Shown one piece after another: positions 1 through 12,896 of a stretch of DNA of 64,000 nt. This DNA comes from Mobula hypostoma (taxonomy: Eukaryota). A program made the position numbers and the translations under genes. Under the pieces are notes generated by a model. The model was given only the letters and a program-made list of their open reading frames with translations. It did no database searches and had not been told where the DNA came from. Where the stretch lies: contig NC_086108.1 in NCBI RefSeq assembly GCF_963921235.1, positions 12,648,001 to 12,712,000 of the forward strand, given 5' to 3'. How positions within the stretch are numbered: position 1 is the stretch's first letter; each line of letters starts with the position of its first letter.

Positions 1-309
1 CAATGTCTCCTTGGATCCCATGCCTCCTTACTTTCTCAATAAGTCTTACATGGGGTACCTTATCAAATGCCTTGCTGAAATCCATATACACTACATCTAC
101 TGCTCTACGTTCACCCCCGCTCCCCCAAGTTCACTTTTTAAAAAATTCGGTAAACCTCATTTTCATTCCTCCACAGGTGGAGCTTTCTAATGTTACATCT
201 CAAAGGTTTCAAAGGTACATTTAATGTCAGAGAAATGTATACAATATGCCTCCTGAAATGCTTTTTCTTCGCAACCATCCACGAAAACAGAGGAGTCATC
301 TTTGGGTTA

Positions 310-1050
310 CATAACACCTGTCAATTCACTTCCATTCAGGGCCCCAAACAGTCCTTCCAGGTGAGGCAATGATTCACCTGTGAATCTGCTGGGGTCGTCC
401 ATAGTGTGCCTGATGCTCCCAATGCGGCCTCCTCCACATTGGTGAGACCTATCGTAAACTGGGAGAACCACTTCGTCCAGCATTTCTGCTCCATCTGCCA
501 AAAGTTGAACTTCCTGGTGGTCAAAAATTTTAATTCTAATTCTCAGTCCTGTTCTGACATGTCGGTCCACGGCCTCCTCTTGTGCCACAATGAGTCCACG
601 CTCAGGGTGGAGGAGCAACACCTTATATTCCGTCTGGGTAGCCTCCAACCTGATGACATGAATATCGATTTCTCATTCCGGTAAGGAAAATATTTTTACC
701 CTTCACCTTCCCCTCTTCCTCTATTCCCCACTCTGGCCTCTTACTTCTTCTCACCTGCTTATCACCTCTCCCTGGGTCCATTCCTACTTTCCTTTCTCAT
801 ATGGCCCACTCTCCTCTCCTATCAGATTCCTTTCTCTCCAGCCCTTTACCTTTCCCACTCTCCCCATCCTCCCAGCGTCATACCTCACCTTCAAGCTATC
901 CTCCTTCCCCTCCCCCTACCTTTTCATTCTGGCATCTTCCCCCTCCCTTCCCAGTCCTGAAGAAGAGTCTCGGCCCAAAATATCGACTGTTCATTAATTT
1001 CCATCAATGCTGTCTGACCTGCTGAGTTCCTCTAGCAATTTGGGTGGATT
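310..1050 (+). mobile_element. Penelope-like element 3' fragment (decayed GIY-YIG endonuclease plus tail)
   Basis: QGPKQSFQVRQ.FTCES...LRVEEQHLIFRLGSLQP..MNIDFS reading frame; pyrimidine-rich tail; degenerate hammerhead at 952-989. Confidence 0.85.
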
Positions 1051-1432
1051 GATCTGATATTCCTGACACAGCTGGTGATGATAGGATGTACTGTGGAGTT
1101 AGAGTATATAGCAAATATTAATTTCACCAGCAACCAATCTTCAAATTTGAATGTGGATTGTAGATTGTATTTAAAATGCAGCTCTGTACAAACGTCTCCC
1201 TGAAGCTGCAGGTTAGAATTGATTGCAAACCAGGAAACACTCATTCATTTGATTTCTCCATATGCATGAATACAAGGAGAGAGAGAGAGAGGTGATTAGC
1301 ATTTATTTTGGGTGTCTGGAGTGTGAGTATGAAGAAGGATATAGTTTGAAAACTATATGCAATTGAAAGGAAGCATTGTAGATACATTGTAACTATAGAG
1401 TTGTACTGCTCTTACCAATGATCGTTGGAATA

Positions 1433-3496
1433 AAGTGCTAGAAAGTTTGTGAACCCTGTAGAATTTTCTCTATTTCTGCATAAATATGACCTAAAATGTG
1501 ATCAAATCTTCACATATGACCTAAAACTAGATAAAGAGAACCCAATTAAATAAATAACACAATATTACATGCATTTGTTGGAAAAAGTATGTGAATCGCT
1601 GGGGTAACGCTTTTTACAAAAGGTATTTGGTGTCAGGTGTTCCAATCAATCAGATGAGATTGGAGGTGTTACTGAAACAGATCTGTTTATGTGCACCATG
1701 CCTTGATCAAAACAACTTTTTAAGGACCTTAGAAGAATTGTAGAGATGCATAAAGCTGGAAAAGGCACTTCCAAAGACCTGAATGTTTATCAGTCCACAG
1801 TAAGAGAAATTGTCTACAAATGGAGGAAACTCAGTGCTGTTGCTACTCTCCCCAGGAGTTGGCATCCTGCAAAGATCACACCAAGAGCACAACATGCAAT
1901 GCTAAAGGAGGTGAAAAAGAACCCAAAAGATCTGTAGAAATCTCTAGAACTTGCTGAAGTCTCTGTTGACTTGTCCACTATAAGAAAAACACTGAGCAAG
2001 ACTGGTGTTCATGGAAGGTCACCATGGAGGAAACCACTGCCCTCCAAAAAAACTTTGCTGTATATCTCCAATTTGCAAAATACTACCTGGATGTTCTACA
2101 ACACTTCTGGGACAATGTTCTGTGGACAGATGAGACAGAAGATGAACATTTTGGCAGGAATGTACATTGCTATGTTTGAAGGAAAAAGGGCACTGCACAC
2201 CAACACTAAAACCTCATCCCAACTGCGAAGCATGGTGGGAGGAGCATCGTGGTTTGGGGCTGCTTTGCTGCCTCAGGGCCTGGACAGCTTTCAATCGTCA
2301 AGGAAACAATGAATTCAGAATGCATCAAGAAATAGAACAGGAGATTGTCAGAGCAGCAGTCTGTCGCCTGAAGCTTAATAGAAGTTGGATAATGCAACGA
2401 TAGTAGCCCAAAAGACAAGAGTAAATCAACAACAGAATGGGTTAAAAAGAAGAAAGTGCATGTTTTAGAATGGCTGAGTCAAAGCCCTGACCTTATCCTA
2501 TAGAAATGTTGTGGAAGGACCTGAAGCAAGCAGCTCATGCAAGGAAGCCCACCAACATCCCAGAGCTGAAGCAGTTTTGTAAGGAGGAATAGCCTAAAAT
2601 TCCCCCCAAGCCAATGTGCAGGGCTGGAAATGGATAGCTGAAGATTTTTACTACAGAAGGTGGTCACACCAGTTACTGAAAGCAAAGGTTCACATACTTT
2701 TATAACCATATAACCATATAACAATTACAGCACAGAAACAGGCCATCTCGGCTCTTCTAGTCCGTGCCGAACTCATACTCTCACCTAATCCCACTGACCT
2801 GCACTCAGCCTGTAACCCTGCATTCCCTTCCTGTCCATATATCTATCCAATTTAACTTTAAACAACAACACCTAACCTGCCTCAACCACTTCTGCTGGAA
2901 ACTCGTTCCACACAGCCACCACTCTCTGAGTAAAGAAGTTCCCCTCATGTTACCCCTAAAGTTTTGGCCTTTAACTCTCAACTCGTGTCCTCTTGTTTGA
3001 ATCTCCCCCATTCTCAATGGAAAAAGCCTATCCACGTCAACTCTATCAATCCCCCCTCATAATTTTAAACACCTCTATCAAGTCCTCCCTCAACCTTCTA
3101 CACTCCAAAGAATAAAGACCTAACTTGTTCAACCTTTCTCTGTAACTTAGGAGATGAAACCTAGGCAACATTTTAGTAAATCTCCTCTATGCTCTCTCAA
3201 TTTTATTGACATCTTTCCTATAATTCGGTGACCAGAACTGTACTCAATACTCCAAATTTGGCCTTACCAATGCCTTATACAATTTTAACATTACATCCCA
3301 ACTCCTTTTGCCAATACATTGGATCTTTATTTCTCAATAAATAAATGAACAAATATAATGTTTTTGTGTTATTTATTTAATTGCGTTCTCTTTATCTAGT
3401 TTTAGGACTTATGTGAAGATCTGATCACATTTTAGGTCATGCTTATGTAGAAATAGAGAAAATTCTACAAGGTTCTCAAACTTTCTCACACCACTA
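1433..3496 (+). mobile_element. Decayed Tc1-family DNA transposon with long TIRs
   Basis: ~130-bp inverted repeats (1433-1560 vs ~3365-3496) flanked by TA; transposase remnants [49 protein letters not shown]; many stops and frameshifts. Confidence 0.9.
2702..3305 (-). mobile_element. 5'-truncated CR1 LINE nested in the Tc1
   Basis: LFPLRMGEIQTRGHELRV C-terminus; (TATGGTTA)n tail; Tc1 sequence resumes afterwards. Confidence 0.9.
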
Positions 3497-3544
3497 TATA
3501 TCCATTAGCTTCAATGTCTCTCTGGTGACTTTGTTCATACCACA

Positions 3545-3922
3545 ACAATGCAATGCTTTACAGTACCAGCGACGTGGCTTCAATTCCCACTGCTGCCTGT
3601 AAGGAGTTTGTACGTTCTCCTCCCGACCAAGTGCGCTTCCTCTGGTGCTCTGGTCTCCTCCCACAGTCCAAAGGTGTACCAGTTGGTAGGTTAATTGGCC
3701 ATTGTAAATTGTCCCATGAAATAAGCTAGGTTTAAATTAGAGGAATGCTAGTAGGTACAACTCAAAGGGCCGGATGGGTCTATTCTGCAATGTATGTACC
3801 AGTAGAAAGTTAATTGATCATTGTGAATTGTCCCATGATTAGGCTGGGATTAAATCAGGAAACTGCTGGGCAGCACGACTTGAAGGGCTGGAAGGGCCCT
3901 GCATCTCGATGAATAAATAAAT
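3545..3922 (+). mobile_element. V-SINE-like (HE1-type) SINE with partial internal duplication
   Basis: GGAGTTTGTACGTTCTCC...GGTTAATTGGCCATTGTAAATTGTCCC core; (TAAA)n tail; related copy at 44044-44320. Confidence 0.65.
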
Positions 3923-4569
3923 ATAAGTTTCAATTTTCCCAGCTTTGAAAAATGCATAATCATAAAACCCGGACAGCCTCATCCAAACTGCAGCACTACC
4001 TCAAAGCAGTGGTTGAAAACTGCTGCTCAGTCTGTGACCTGGAACTGGTATCACTCAGTTTCGTGCCTCAGCAGCAACCCACTGAGAAAATGCTTTTGCT
4101 AGGTCAAGGGGAGAGACTGTATCTTGTAAAAGACTTGATTATTCACTCTTCAATTCATCGCAAATAAATAAATATTCATCAGCCTTTCTTGTAGATTGTG
4201 AACAACAGCAATCACCGTGCTCCTTGTTCGTTCTCTAAGTGCTTCATCGGCACATCACACGTGGGGAGTAATAACAGACAACAGACAAACCGAATTAGTC
4301 TCAGTCTATTCCCAGAGAACAGGTCACTCCAGTTTTCAAATAATTCATTTGATTGAAGTACTCTGAGATGCTGCTGATTTGATCCATAAATGCATGTAGA
4401 TTAAACTCAGCACTGTAAGAGGCAGAAATACCAGGAGTCTTAAAGGGTTGGAGTTGAATTCACTGCGAAATGAAGAGATTGGCCAAAGTGCCGACGTTCA
4501 ATGAAGTGAAACGTTAATCACTATTCAGCAGCAAGGTCTCTGATCTTTTAACACGTTCCTTTGTATCAC

Positions 4570-5022
4570 GACCAGGATGCTGCTTGGTTTAAAAGTCATG
4601 TACTACCACGAACAGTGGGATAAAGTTGGGCTGTCTTCTCTGAAGCACCAGAGGTTGAGGGGAGATCTGATAGACATGTACAAGATTATGGGAGGCATAG
4701 ACAGAGTGGACAGAGAGTATCGGTTTCCCAGGTTAGAAATGTCTAACACCAGAGAGCATACATTGAAGGTGAGGGGGGGGTAGGTTCAAGGGGGATGTGA
4801 GGGTTACGTTTTTTACTCAGAGAGTGTTGGCTGCCTGGTATGGGGGTAGAGGCAAATACATCACAGACATATGGATAGGCACATGGATATGGAGATGGAA
4901 GGATATAGACATGGTGTAGGTAGGACGGATTAGTGTTTGGGTGTTTTGATTTGCTTTTTAGCTGGTTCAGCAAAACTTTGTGGTCTGAATGGCCAGTTCC
5001 TGTGCTGAACTCTTCAATGTCT
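4570..5022 (+). mobile_element. CR1 3' fragment
   Basis: RLRGDLIDMYKIMGGIDRVD..FP. Confidence 0.85.
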
Positions 5023-5058
5023 ATAATCGTCCAAAGTATTCTCTACAAAGTCCAAAGC

Positions 5059-5903
5059 AATGCACACAAAATGATGGATGAACTCAGCACGTCAGACAGC
5101 ATCCATGCAAAAGAATAAATAGTCAACATTTCAAGCCGAAACCCTTCTTACACCACCACTCTCATCCCCATTCAGGATGCCAGACAGTCCTTCCAGGTGA
5201 GGCAACTCTTCACCTGCACATCTGCTGGGATCACCTGTTGTGTCTGGTACTTCCGATGCTGCCACCTCTACGTTGGTGAGACCCGTTGTAACCTGGGGGG
5301 GGGCCACTTTGTCGCGCACCTCCACACCATCCACCACAAGTGGGACTTCTCGGGGGCCAAACATTTTAATCCTGATTCCCATTCCTGTTCCAACACATTG
5401 GTCCGTGGTCTCCTCTTGTGTCACGATGAGGCCACCATCAGGGTGGAAGTGCAACAACTTATATTCCGTCTGGGTAGCCTCCTAGCTGATGGCGTGAATA
5501 CCGATTTCTCCTTCCGGTGAACAAATCTACCTTCACCACCACCCCTCCATTCCCCACTCTGACCTTTCACTTCTTCTCACCTGCCTATTACTTCCTCCTG
5601 AGTTCCGTCTTCTTTCCCTTTCTCATATGGTTCCCTCTCCTTCCCTATCAGATACTTTCTTCTCAAGCCCTTGACCTTCCCCACTGACCTAGCTTCACCT
5701 TTCACCTTCCAGCTAGCCCCTTTCCCCTCCCTCCATCTTTTTATTCTGGCATCTTTCCCCTTCCTTCTCAGTCCTGAAGAAGGGTTGTGGCCTGAAACGT
5801 TGAATATTCATTTCCATAGATGCTGGCTGACCTGCTGAGTTCCTCCAGCATTTTGTTTTTGTTGCTTCAGATTTCCAGCATCTGCAGAATTTTTTTGTGT
5901 TTG
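5059..5903 (+). mobile_element. Penelope-like element with an inverted 5' terminal segment
   Basis: FTCTSAGITCC...LYVGETRC..LIFRLGSL GIY-YIG frame; 5059-5150 is a reverse-complement copy of the tail (~5777-5862); hammerhead at 5769-5806. Confidence 0.85.
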
Positions 5904-6499
5904 TCCTCAACCAAGTCTTTGCTTTTTCTCTTGCTGGCTCATTACAGAATAAGAAGGTGGAATTTGGAGATGGATTCACTTCACACCGGCTGGGGGCTAA
6001 CGGAACCACTCTGTAGCTGAGTCAGAGCCTGCCTTTAACGTGCTTTGACTAATATTTTCAATCAAGTATTTTGTCATTTTTGAGTAATTATCAACCCATA
6101 ATACCCTAAACACATAATTTGCTCTCTTATCAGACTTGCTGGATAAACTTCTCACTGAAGTGCTGGCCAGACAGAGACATTGTGGGGAGCTAAGTGAAGC
6201 AGGGTAGTCATCGCCCAGTGCCCACTCACAGGGCAGCTTCCTCGAGCTTCAATGAGGGCTACTGAAGACATTAGAGAGGTTCAAGGAAGCACATGGTCAC
6301 AATGGGTTTCCAGTAAAGCAAGGTCCTCAAACCATAATTAACAGAAAAGCAGAAACTTAGAACTAATGCACTAACATCTCACCAGAAAGAAGTGATTGGA
6401 ATCATGAATAATGTTGTGGGACAAGGTGACTGAGAGGTAAAATCGTGTAAATTTATCTTGTCTGGGTTCGTCACAGAGCCAAGGTGCTTGAGCTTTCTA

Positions 6500-9400
6500 A
6501 GGCTGGGTACAGTCTTGAGTTACAGTGTCTACGTACACCGGTGGGGTTACAATGTCTGTGTACATGGGAGGAATACACGGTGTACACAGGAGGGTTTCAG
6601 TTTCTATGTACTATGGTGGGGTTACAGGGTCCGTGTACACCAGTGGGTTTGCACTGTCTCGTGTATACCGGTGAGTTTCAGTGTCTGTGCACGCTGGTGG
6701 GTTACAGAGTCTGTGTACTCCAGTGGGGTTGCAGTGACTGTGTACACAGGTGGGTTGCAGTGACTGTGTACACTGGGGGGTTACAGTGTCTGTGTACTCC
6801 AGTGGGGTTACAGTAACTGTGCACACTGCTGGATTACAGTAACTGTGTACACTGGTGGGTTACAGTAACTGTGCACACTGGTGGGTTACAGTAACTGTGC
6901 ACACTGGTGGATTACAGTAACTGTGTACACTGGTGGATTACAGTGACTGTGTACACTGGGGGGTTACAGTGCCTGTGCACACTGCTGGGTTACAGTAACT
7001 GTGTACACTGGTGGGTTACAGTGCCTGTGTACACTGCTGGGTTACAGTGACTGTGTACACTGGTGGGTTACAGTGACTGTGTACACTGGTGGGTTACAGT
7101 GACTGTGTACACTGCTGGGTTACAGTGTCTGCGTACACTGGTGGATTACAGTAACTGTGCACACTGGTGGGTTACAGTAACTGTGTACACTGGTGGGTTA
7201 CAGTGACTGCGTACACTGGTGGGTTACAGTAACTGTGTACACTGGTGGGTTACAGTGACTGTGTACACTGGTGGGTTACAGTGACTGTGCACACTGGTGG
7301 GTTACAGTAACTGTGTACACTGGTGGGTTACAGTGCCTGTGTACACTGGTGGGTTACAGTGCCTGTGTACACTGCTGGGTTACAGTAACTGTGTACACTG
7401 GTGGGTTACAGTGACTGTGTACACTGGTGGGTTACAGTGACTGTGTACACTGGTGGGTTACAGTAACTGTGCACACTGGTGGGTTACAGTGACTGTGTAC
7501 ACTGGTGGGTTACAGTGCCTGTGTACACTGGTGGGTTACAGTAACTGTGTACACTGGTGGGTTACAGTGACTGTGTACACTGGTGGGTTACAGTGACTGT
7601 GTACACTGCTGGGTTACAGTGCCTGTGTACACTGGGGGGTTACAGTGACTGTGTACACTGCTGGGTTACAGTGACTGTGTACACTGGTGGGTTACAGTAA
7701 CTGTGTACACTGGTGGATTACAGTGACTGTGTACACTGCTGGGTTACAGTGCCTGTGTACACTGGTGGGTTACAGTGACTGTGTACACTGGTGGGTTACA
7801 GTAACTGTGTACACTGGTGGATTACAGTAACTGTGTACACTGGTGGGTTACAGTGACTGTGTACACTGCTGGGTTACAGTGACTGTGTACACTGGTGGGT
7901 TACAGTAACTGTGTACACTGGTGGATTACAGTAACTGTGTACACTGGTGGATTACAGTGACTGTGTACACTGGTGGGTTACAGTGACTGTGTACACTGGT
8001 GGGTTACAGTGACTGTGCACACTGGTGGGTTACAGTAACTGTGCACACTGGTGGATTACAGTAACTGTGTACACTGGTGGGTTACAGTGACTGTGTACAC
8101 TGGTGGGTTACAGTGACTGTGTACACTGCTGGGTTACAGTGACTGTGTACACTGGTGGGTTACAGTGCCTGTGCACACTGGTATATTACAGTAACTGTGC
8201 ACACTGGTGGGTTACAGTAACTGTGCACACTGCTGGGTTACAGTGACTGTGTACACTGGTGGGTTACAGTGTCTGCGTACACTGGTGGATTACAGTGACT
8301 GTGTACACTGGTGGGTTACAGTAACTGTGTACTCTGGTGGGTTACAGTGACTGTGCACACTGGTGGGGTACAGTGACTGTGTACACTGCTGGGTTACAGT
8401 GTCTGCGTACACTGGTGGGTTACAGTAACTGTGTACACTGGTGGATTACAGTAACTGTGCACACTGGTGGATTACAGTGACTGTGTACACTGGTGGATTA
8501 CAGTAACTGTGCACACTGGTGGATTACAGTGACTGTGTACACTGGTGGATTACAGTAACTGTGCACACTGGTGGATTACAGTAACTGTGTACACTGGTGG
8601 GTTACAGTGTCTGCGTACACTGGTGGATTACAGTGACTGTGTACACTGGTGGGTTACAGTAACTGTGTACACTGGTGGGTTACAGTAACTGTGTACACTG
8701 CTGGGTTACAGTAACTGTGTACACTGGTGGGTTACAGTAACTGTGTACACTGGTGGGTTACAGTGTCTGCGTACACTGGTGGATTACAGTAACTGTGCAC
8801 ACTGGTGGATTACAGTAACTGTGTACACTGGTGGGTTACAGTGACTGTGTACACTGCTGGGTTACAGTGTCTGCGTACACTGGTGGATTACAGTAACTGT
8901 GCACACTGGTGGATTACAGTAACTGTGTACACTGCTGGGTTACAGTGTCTGCGTACACTGGTGGGTTACAGTAACTGTGTACACTGGTGGGTTACAGTAA
9001 CTGTGTACACTGCTGGGTTACAGTGACTGTGTACACTGCTGGGTTACAGTAACTGTGCACACTGGTGGGTTACAGTAACTGTGTACACTGCTGGGTTACA
9101 GTGACTGTGTACACTGGTGGGTTACAGTGACTGTGTACACTGCTGGGTTACAGTAACTGTGCACACTGGTGGATTACAGTAACTGTGTACACTGCTGGGT
9201 TACAGTGACTGTGTACACTGGTGGGTTACAGTAACTGTGTACACTGCTGGGTTACAGTGACTGTGTACACTGGTGGATTACAGTAACTGTGCACACTGGT
9301 GGATTACAGTAACTGTGCACACTGGTGGGTTACAGTGACTGTGTACACTGCTGGGTTACAGTGTCTGCGTACACTGGTGGGTTACAGTAACTGTGTACAC

Positions 9401-9545
9401 TGGTGGGTTACAGTAACTGTGTACACTGCTGGGTTACAGTGACTGTGTACACTGCTGGGTTACAGTGACTGTGTACACTGCTGGGTTACAGTGTCTGCGT
9501 ACACTGGTGGGTTACAGTAACTGTGTACACTGGTGGGTTACATTG
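6500..9545. repeat. 26-bp minisatellite, ~115 copies (ACTGTGTACACTGGTGGGTTACAGT[G/A])
   Basis: Direct period of 26 (e.g. 7051, 7077); degenerate at the left edge. Confidence 0.98.
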
Positions 9546-10890
9546 TCCTCTAGTACAGTAAGATCAGTGTGAGATTGGAAGGTGTGTGTGATTGTGTTGA
9601 AGGATGAAATATGACAGCACGTTATCTGTTCATTTTATATGGTCTTCTCATCCTTAAATCAACCAATGGCTAATGGAGAACTGAATGATCTGTCTACGTA
9701 GCGGAGAAAACCTTGACAGAGCATTCAGAAGGCAAAATAGAGCACGAGTCATCTACATACAGAACACCCCCTGTCAGAGCTGCTGAGGGTAGAGTTAGGT
9801 GCAGCCAGTCTTGGAAGGCTGAGCAGATGGACAGGAGACCGGAGGAAGACCAACTCAGTTCAAAGTTCAAAGTACATTTATTATCAAAGTATGTATACAT
9901 TATACAACCTTGAGATTTGTCTCCTTATAGACAGCCACAAAACAAAAGAGCCTATTTTAAAAAAAGACCGTCAAACACCGAATTTGCAGGGAGAGAAAGA
10001 AAAAAACAAACTGTACAAACAATAAAAGTAATCAAATAGCATTTCAGTCAATGAAAGAGAGTCTAACCACAGACACAAAGCCACAGCATCAGTTCAGTGC
10101 ACAGCCGAGTAAACCGTTGTGGAGCAGCGAGCTGACCTGGCCCATCCCTCGCCTCTGGCCGCTGCACACTGACCTTTTCAATCTGGCCCAACTCTTAAAT
10201 CATCCAAACTTTGGGTCACTCCTCTTCTCAGACCTGGCCTCAGCTGCCTCGATACACTCGGGGGTCTGGACCCCACCACCTCAATTCATCCTGTACCCAA
10301 CCTTTCCAATCTGGCTTGGCGCTTAAATTGATTGAACCTCGGGTCTTTCCTCGCTCCTGGGGATGGGGCCAGGTATACTCGCAGGACAGGGAGTACTGAG
10401 AATACCCTGGTTGCCGGGGACAGGGATTTGTAAAAATGGATCCATGGGATTGAGGAACTATGTGGTGAAGATGAAGAGTGGATATGAACAGTGCACATCA
10501 AACAAGTGATGCATGCATCTGGTGATCTTGAAGATGGTGGTTGGACATAACATTTAGGATGCCTTGGGTTTAAGGTACATATGGTGACATATATGCACTT
10601 TGATAATAAATTTACTTTGTGGTTTGAACTTTATATGTTGTTGTTGTGCCAGTCACTATTGTAGGCCGAGTGTTAATCATCTTTGGTAAAGGATGAGCTA
10701 CCTCCAACTCAATTACTGACCTCACTGAACTGAAATACATGAAGGTTCATCGACATTATCAAAAGAAATTGAATGAGCCTTTGATGGGGAAGAGATGATA
10801 AAGTTGGTCCAGAGTTGCTGTTCCATTGGGATTCAGATGCTAGGAGAGAGGTGATTAAAGTGTCGTTTGAGTTGCCACTCCATTGGGATT

Positions 10891-12078
10891 CAATGCAATG
10901 TGCCTGGACTTTCAGAAAGCCTTTAATAAGGTCCCACATAGGAGGTTAGTGGGCAAAATTAGAGCAAATGGTATTGGGGGTAGGGTACTGACATGGATAG
11001 AAAATTGGTTGGCAGACAGGAAACAAAGAGTAGGGATTATTGGGTCCTTTTCAGAATGGCAGGCAGTGACTAGTGGGGTACCGCAAGGCTCAGTGCTGGG
11101 ACCGCAGCTATTTACAATATACATTAACGATTTAGATGAAGGGATTAAAAGTAACATTAGCAAATTTGCAGATGACACAAAACTGGATGGCAGTGTGAAA
11201 TGTGAGGAGGATGTTATGGGAATGCAGGGTGACTTGGACAGGTTGGGTGAGTGGGCAGATGCATCGCAGATGCAGTTTAATGTGGATAAATGTGAGGCTA
11301 TCCACTTTGGTGGCAAGAACAGGAAGGCAGATTACTATCTGAATGGTGTCAAGTTAGGAAAAGGGGAAGTACGAGGAGATCTAGGTGTCACTGAAAGTAA
11401 GCATGCAGGTACAGCAGGCAGTGAAGAAAGCTAATGGCATGTTGGCGTTCATAACAAGGGGAGTTGAGAATAGGAGCAAAGAGGTCCTTCTGCAGTCGTA
11501 CAGGGCCCTGGTGAGACCACACCTGGAGTATTGTGTACAGTTTTGGTCTCCAAATTTGAGGAAGGACATTCCAGCTATTGAGGGAGTGCAGCGTAGGTTC
11601 ACAAGGTTAATTCCCGGGATGACGGGACTGTCATGTTGAAAGATTGGAGCGACTGGGGTTGTATACACTGGAATTTAGAAGGATGAGAGGGGATCTGATT
11701 GAAACATATGAGATTATTAAGGGATTGGACACACTAGAGGCAGGAAACATGTTCCGGATGTTGGGGGAGTCCAGAACCAGAGGCCACAGTTTAAGAATAA
11801 GGGGTAGACCATTTAGAATGGAGTTGAGGAAAAACTTTTTCACACAGAGGGTTGTGGTTCTGTGGAATGCTCTGCCTCAGAAGGCAGTGGAGGCCAATTC
11901 TCTGGATTCTTTCAAGAAAGAGTTAGATAGAGCTCTTAAAGATAGCGGAGTCGAGGGATATGGGGAGAAGGCAGGAAAAGGGTACTGATTGTGGATGATC
12001 AGCCATGATCACAGTGAATGGCAGTGCTGGCTCGAAGGGCTGAATAGCCTACTCCTGCAACTATTGTCTGTTGTCTAT
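10891..12078 (+). mobile_element. 5'-truncated CR1 LINE (RT to 3' UTR)
   Basis: LDFQKAFNKVPH...GVPQGSVLGPQLF...KFADDTKL; (CTATTGT)n-like tail. Confidence 0.95.
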
Positions 12079-12079
12079 T

Positions 12080-12595
12080 TAAAGTTGGTTCAAAGTTGAT
12101 ACTCCTTTGCAATTCAGTTAGTGGGAGAGATGGATAAAGTGGGATTCAGTTAGTGGGAGAGAAATAGTTAAAATGTGTCAGAGTTACTACTACGTTGGGA
12201 TTAAGGTGGTGGGAGATAAATGGTTAAAGTGTTTCAGAGTTGGCTACTCCATTGGATGGACAGAGAGGTTTGAAGTTGGTGCGGAGTTGCTAAGCTGCTG
12301 GGATTCAGTCGGTCGGAGAGAGATGGTTAAAGTGTGACAGAGTTGTCTTCTCTATTGTTATTCAGTTGCAGGGAAAGAAATGGTTAAAGTTGGTCCACAG
12401 TTGCTACTCCGTTGTGATTCAGTTGATGGTAGAGAGATGGTTAATGGGTGTCAGAGTTGGCTGCTCTGTTGGGATTCAGTTGGTGGGAGAGAGATGGTTA
12501 AACTGTGTTGTAGTTGGCTGCTCTGTTGGGATTCAGTTGGTGGAAGAGAGATGGTTAAACTGTGTCAGAGTTACTACTCTATTGGGATTCCAGCT
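12080..12595. repeat. ~57-bp degenerate minisatellite; left part at 10785-10890
   Basis: GGGATTCAGTTGGTGGGAGAGAGATGGTTAAA... recurs (12471, 12528); related units precede the CR1 at 10891. Confidence 0.85.
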
Positions 12596-12896
12596 GGGCT
12601 GCTGATCCCAGGGGGTGAACGCACAGATCAAAGAACTGGTTGAGGCAACAGAAAGTACAGGGAACACAGCTAAATAATGCAGGAAACACAAAAGCAGCTG
12701 TGTACTTGTTTAAAAGCCAAAACGATGAGGAAACCGAGATTAAAGTTTATAAATCCCGTGATCTTTTAATTTAGCTGCTTTCATGTTCACTTTGATCACA
12801 ACCTCTCCAATGACACAGCAAGGTCTAGGGTGAAAGGCTTACCAAGTTCCCACAGAAACAGGTCACTATCAGGAGACAGATCTGGACACATGCAAA

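Noticed and set aside
4026..4050. Alternative TRAPPC6 last exon (CAG|TTCCAGGTCACAGACTGA, FQV-like)
   Set aside because: Wrong splice phase after exon 5; 24017-24048 fits phase, length and homology.
6500..9545. CRISPR-like array or coding ORFs in the 26-bp repeat
   Set aside because: Units are contiguous with no unique spacers, there are no cas genes and the context is eukaryotic. The ORFs are repeat translations.
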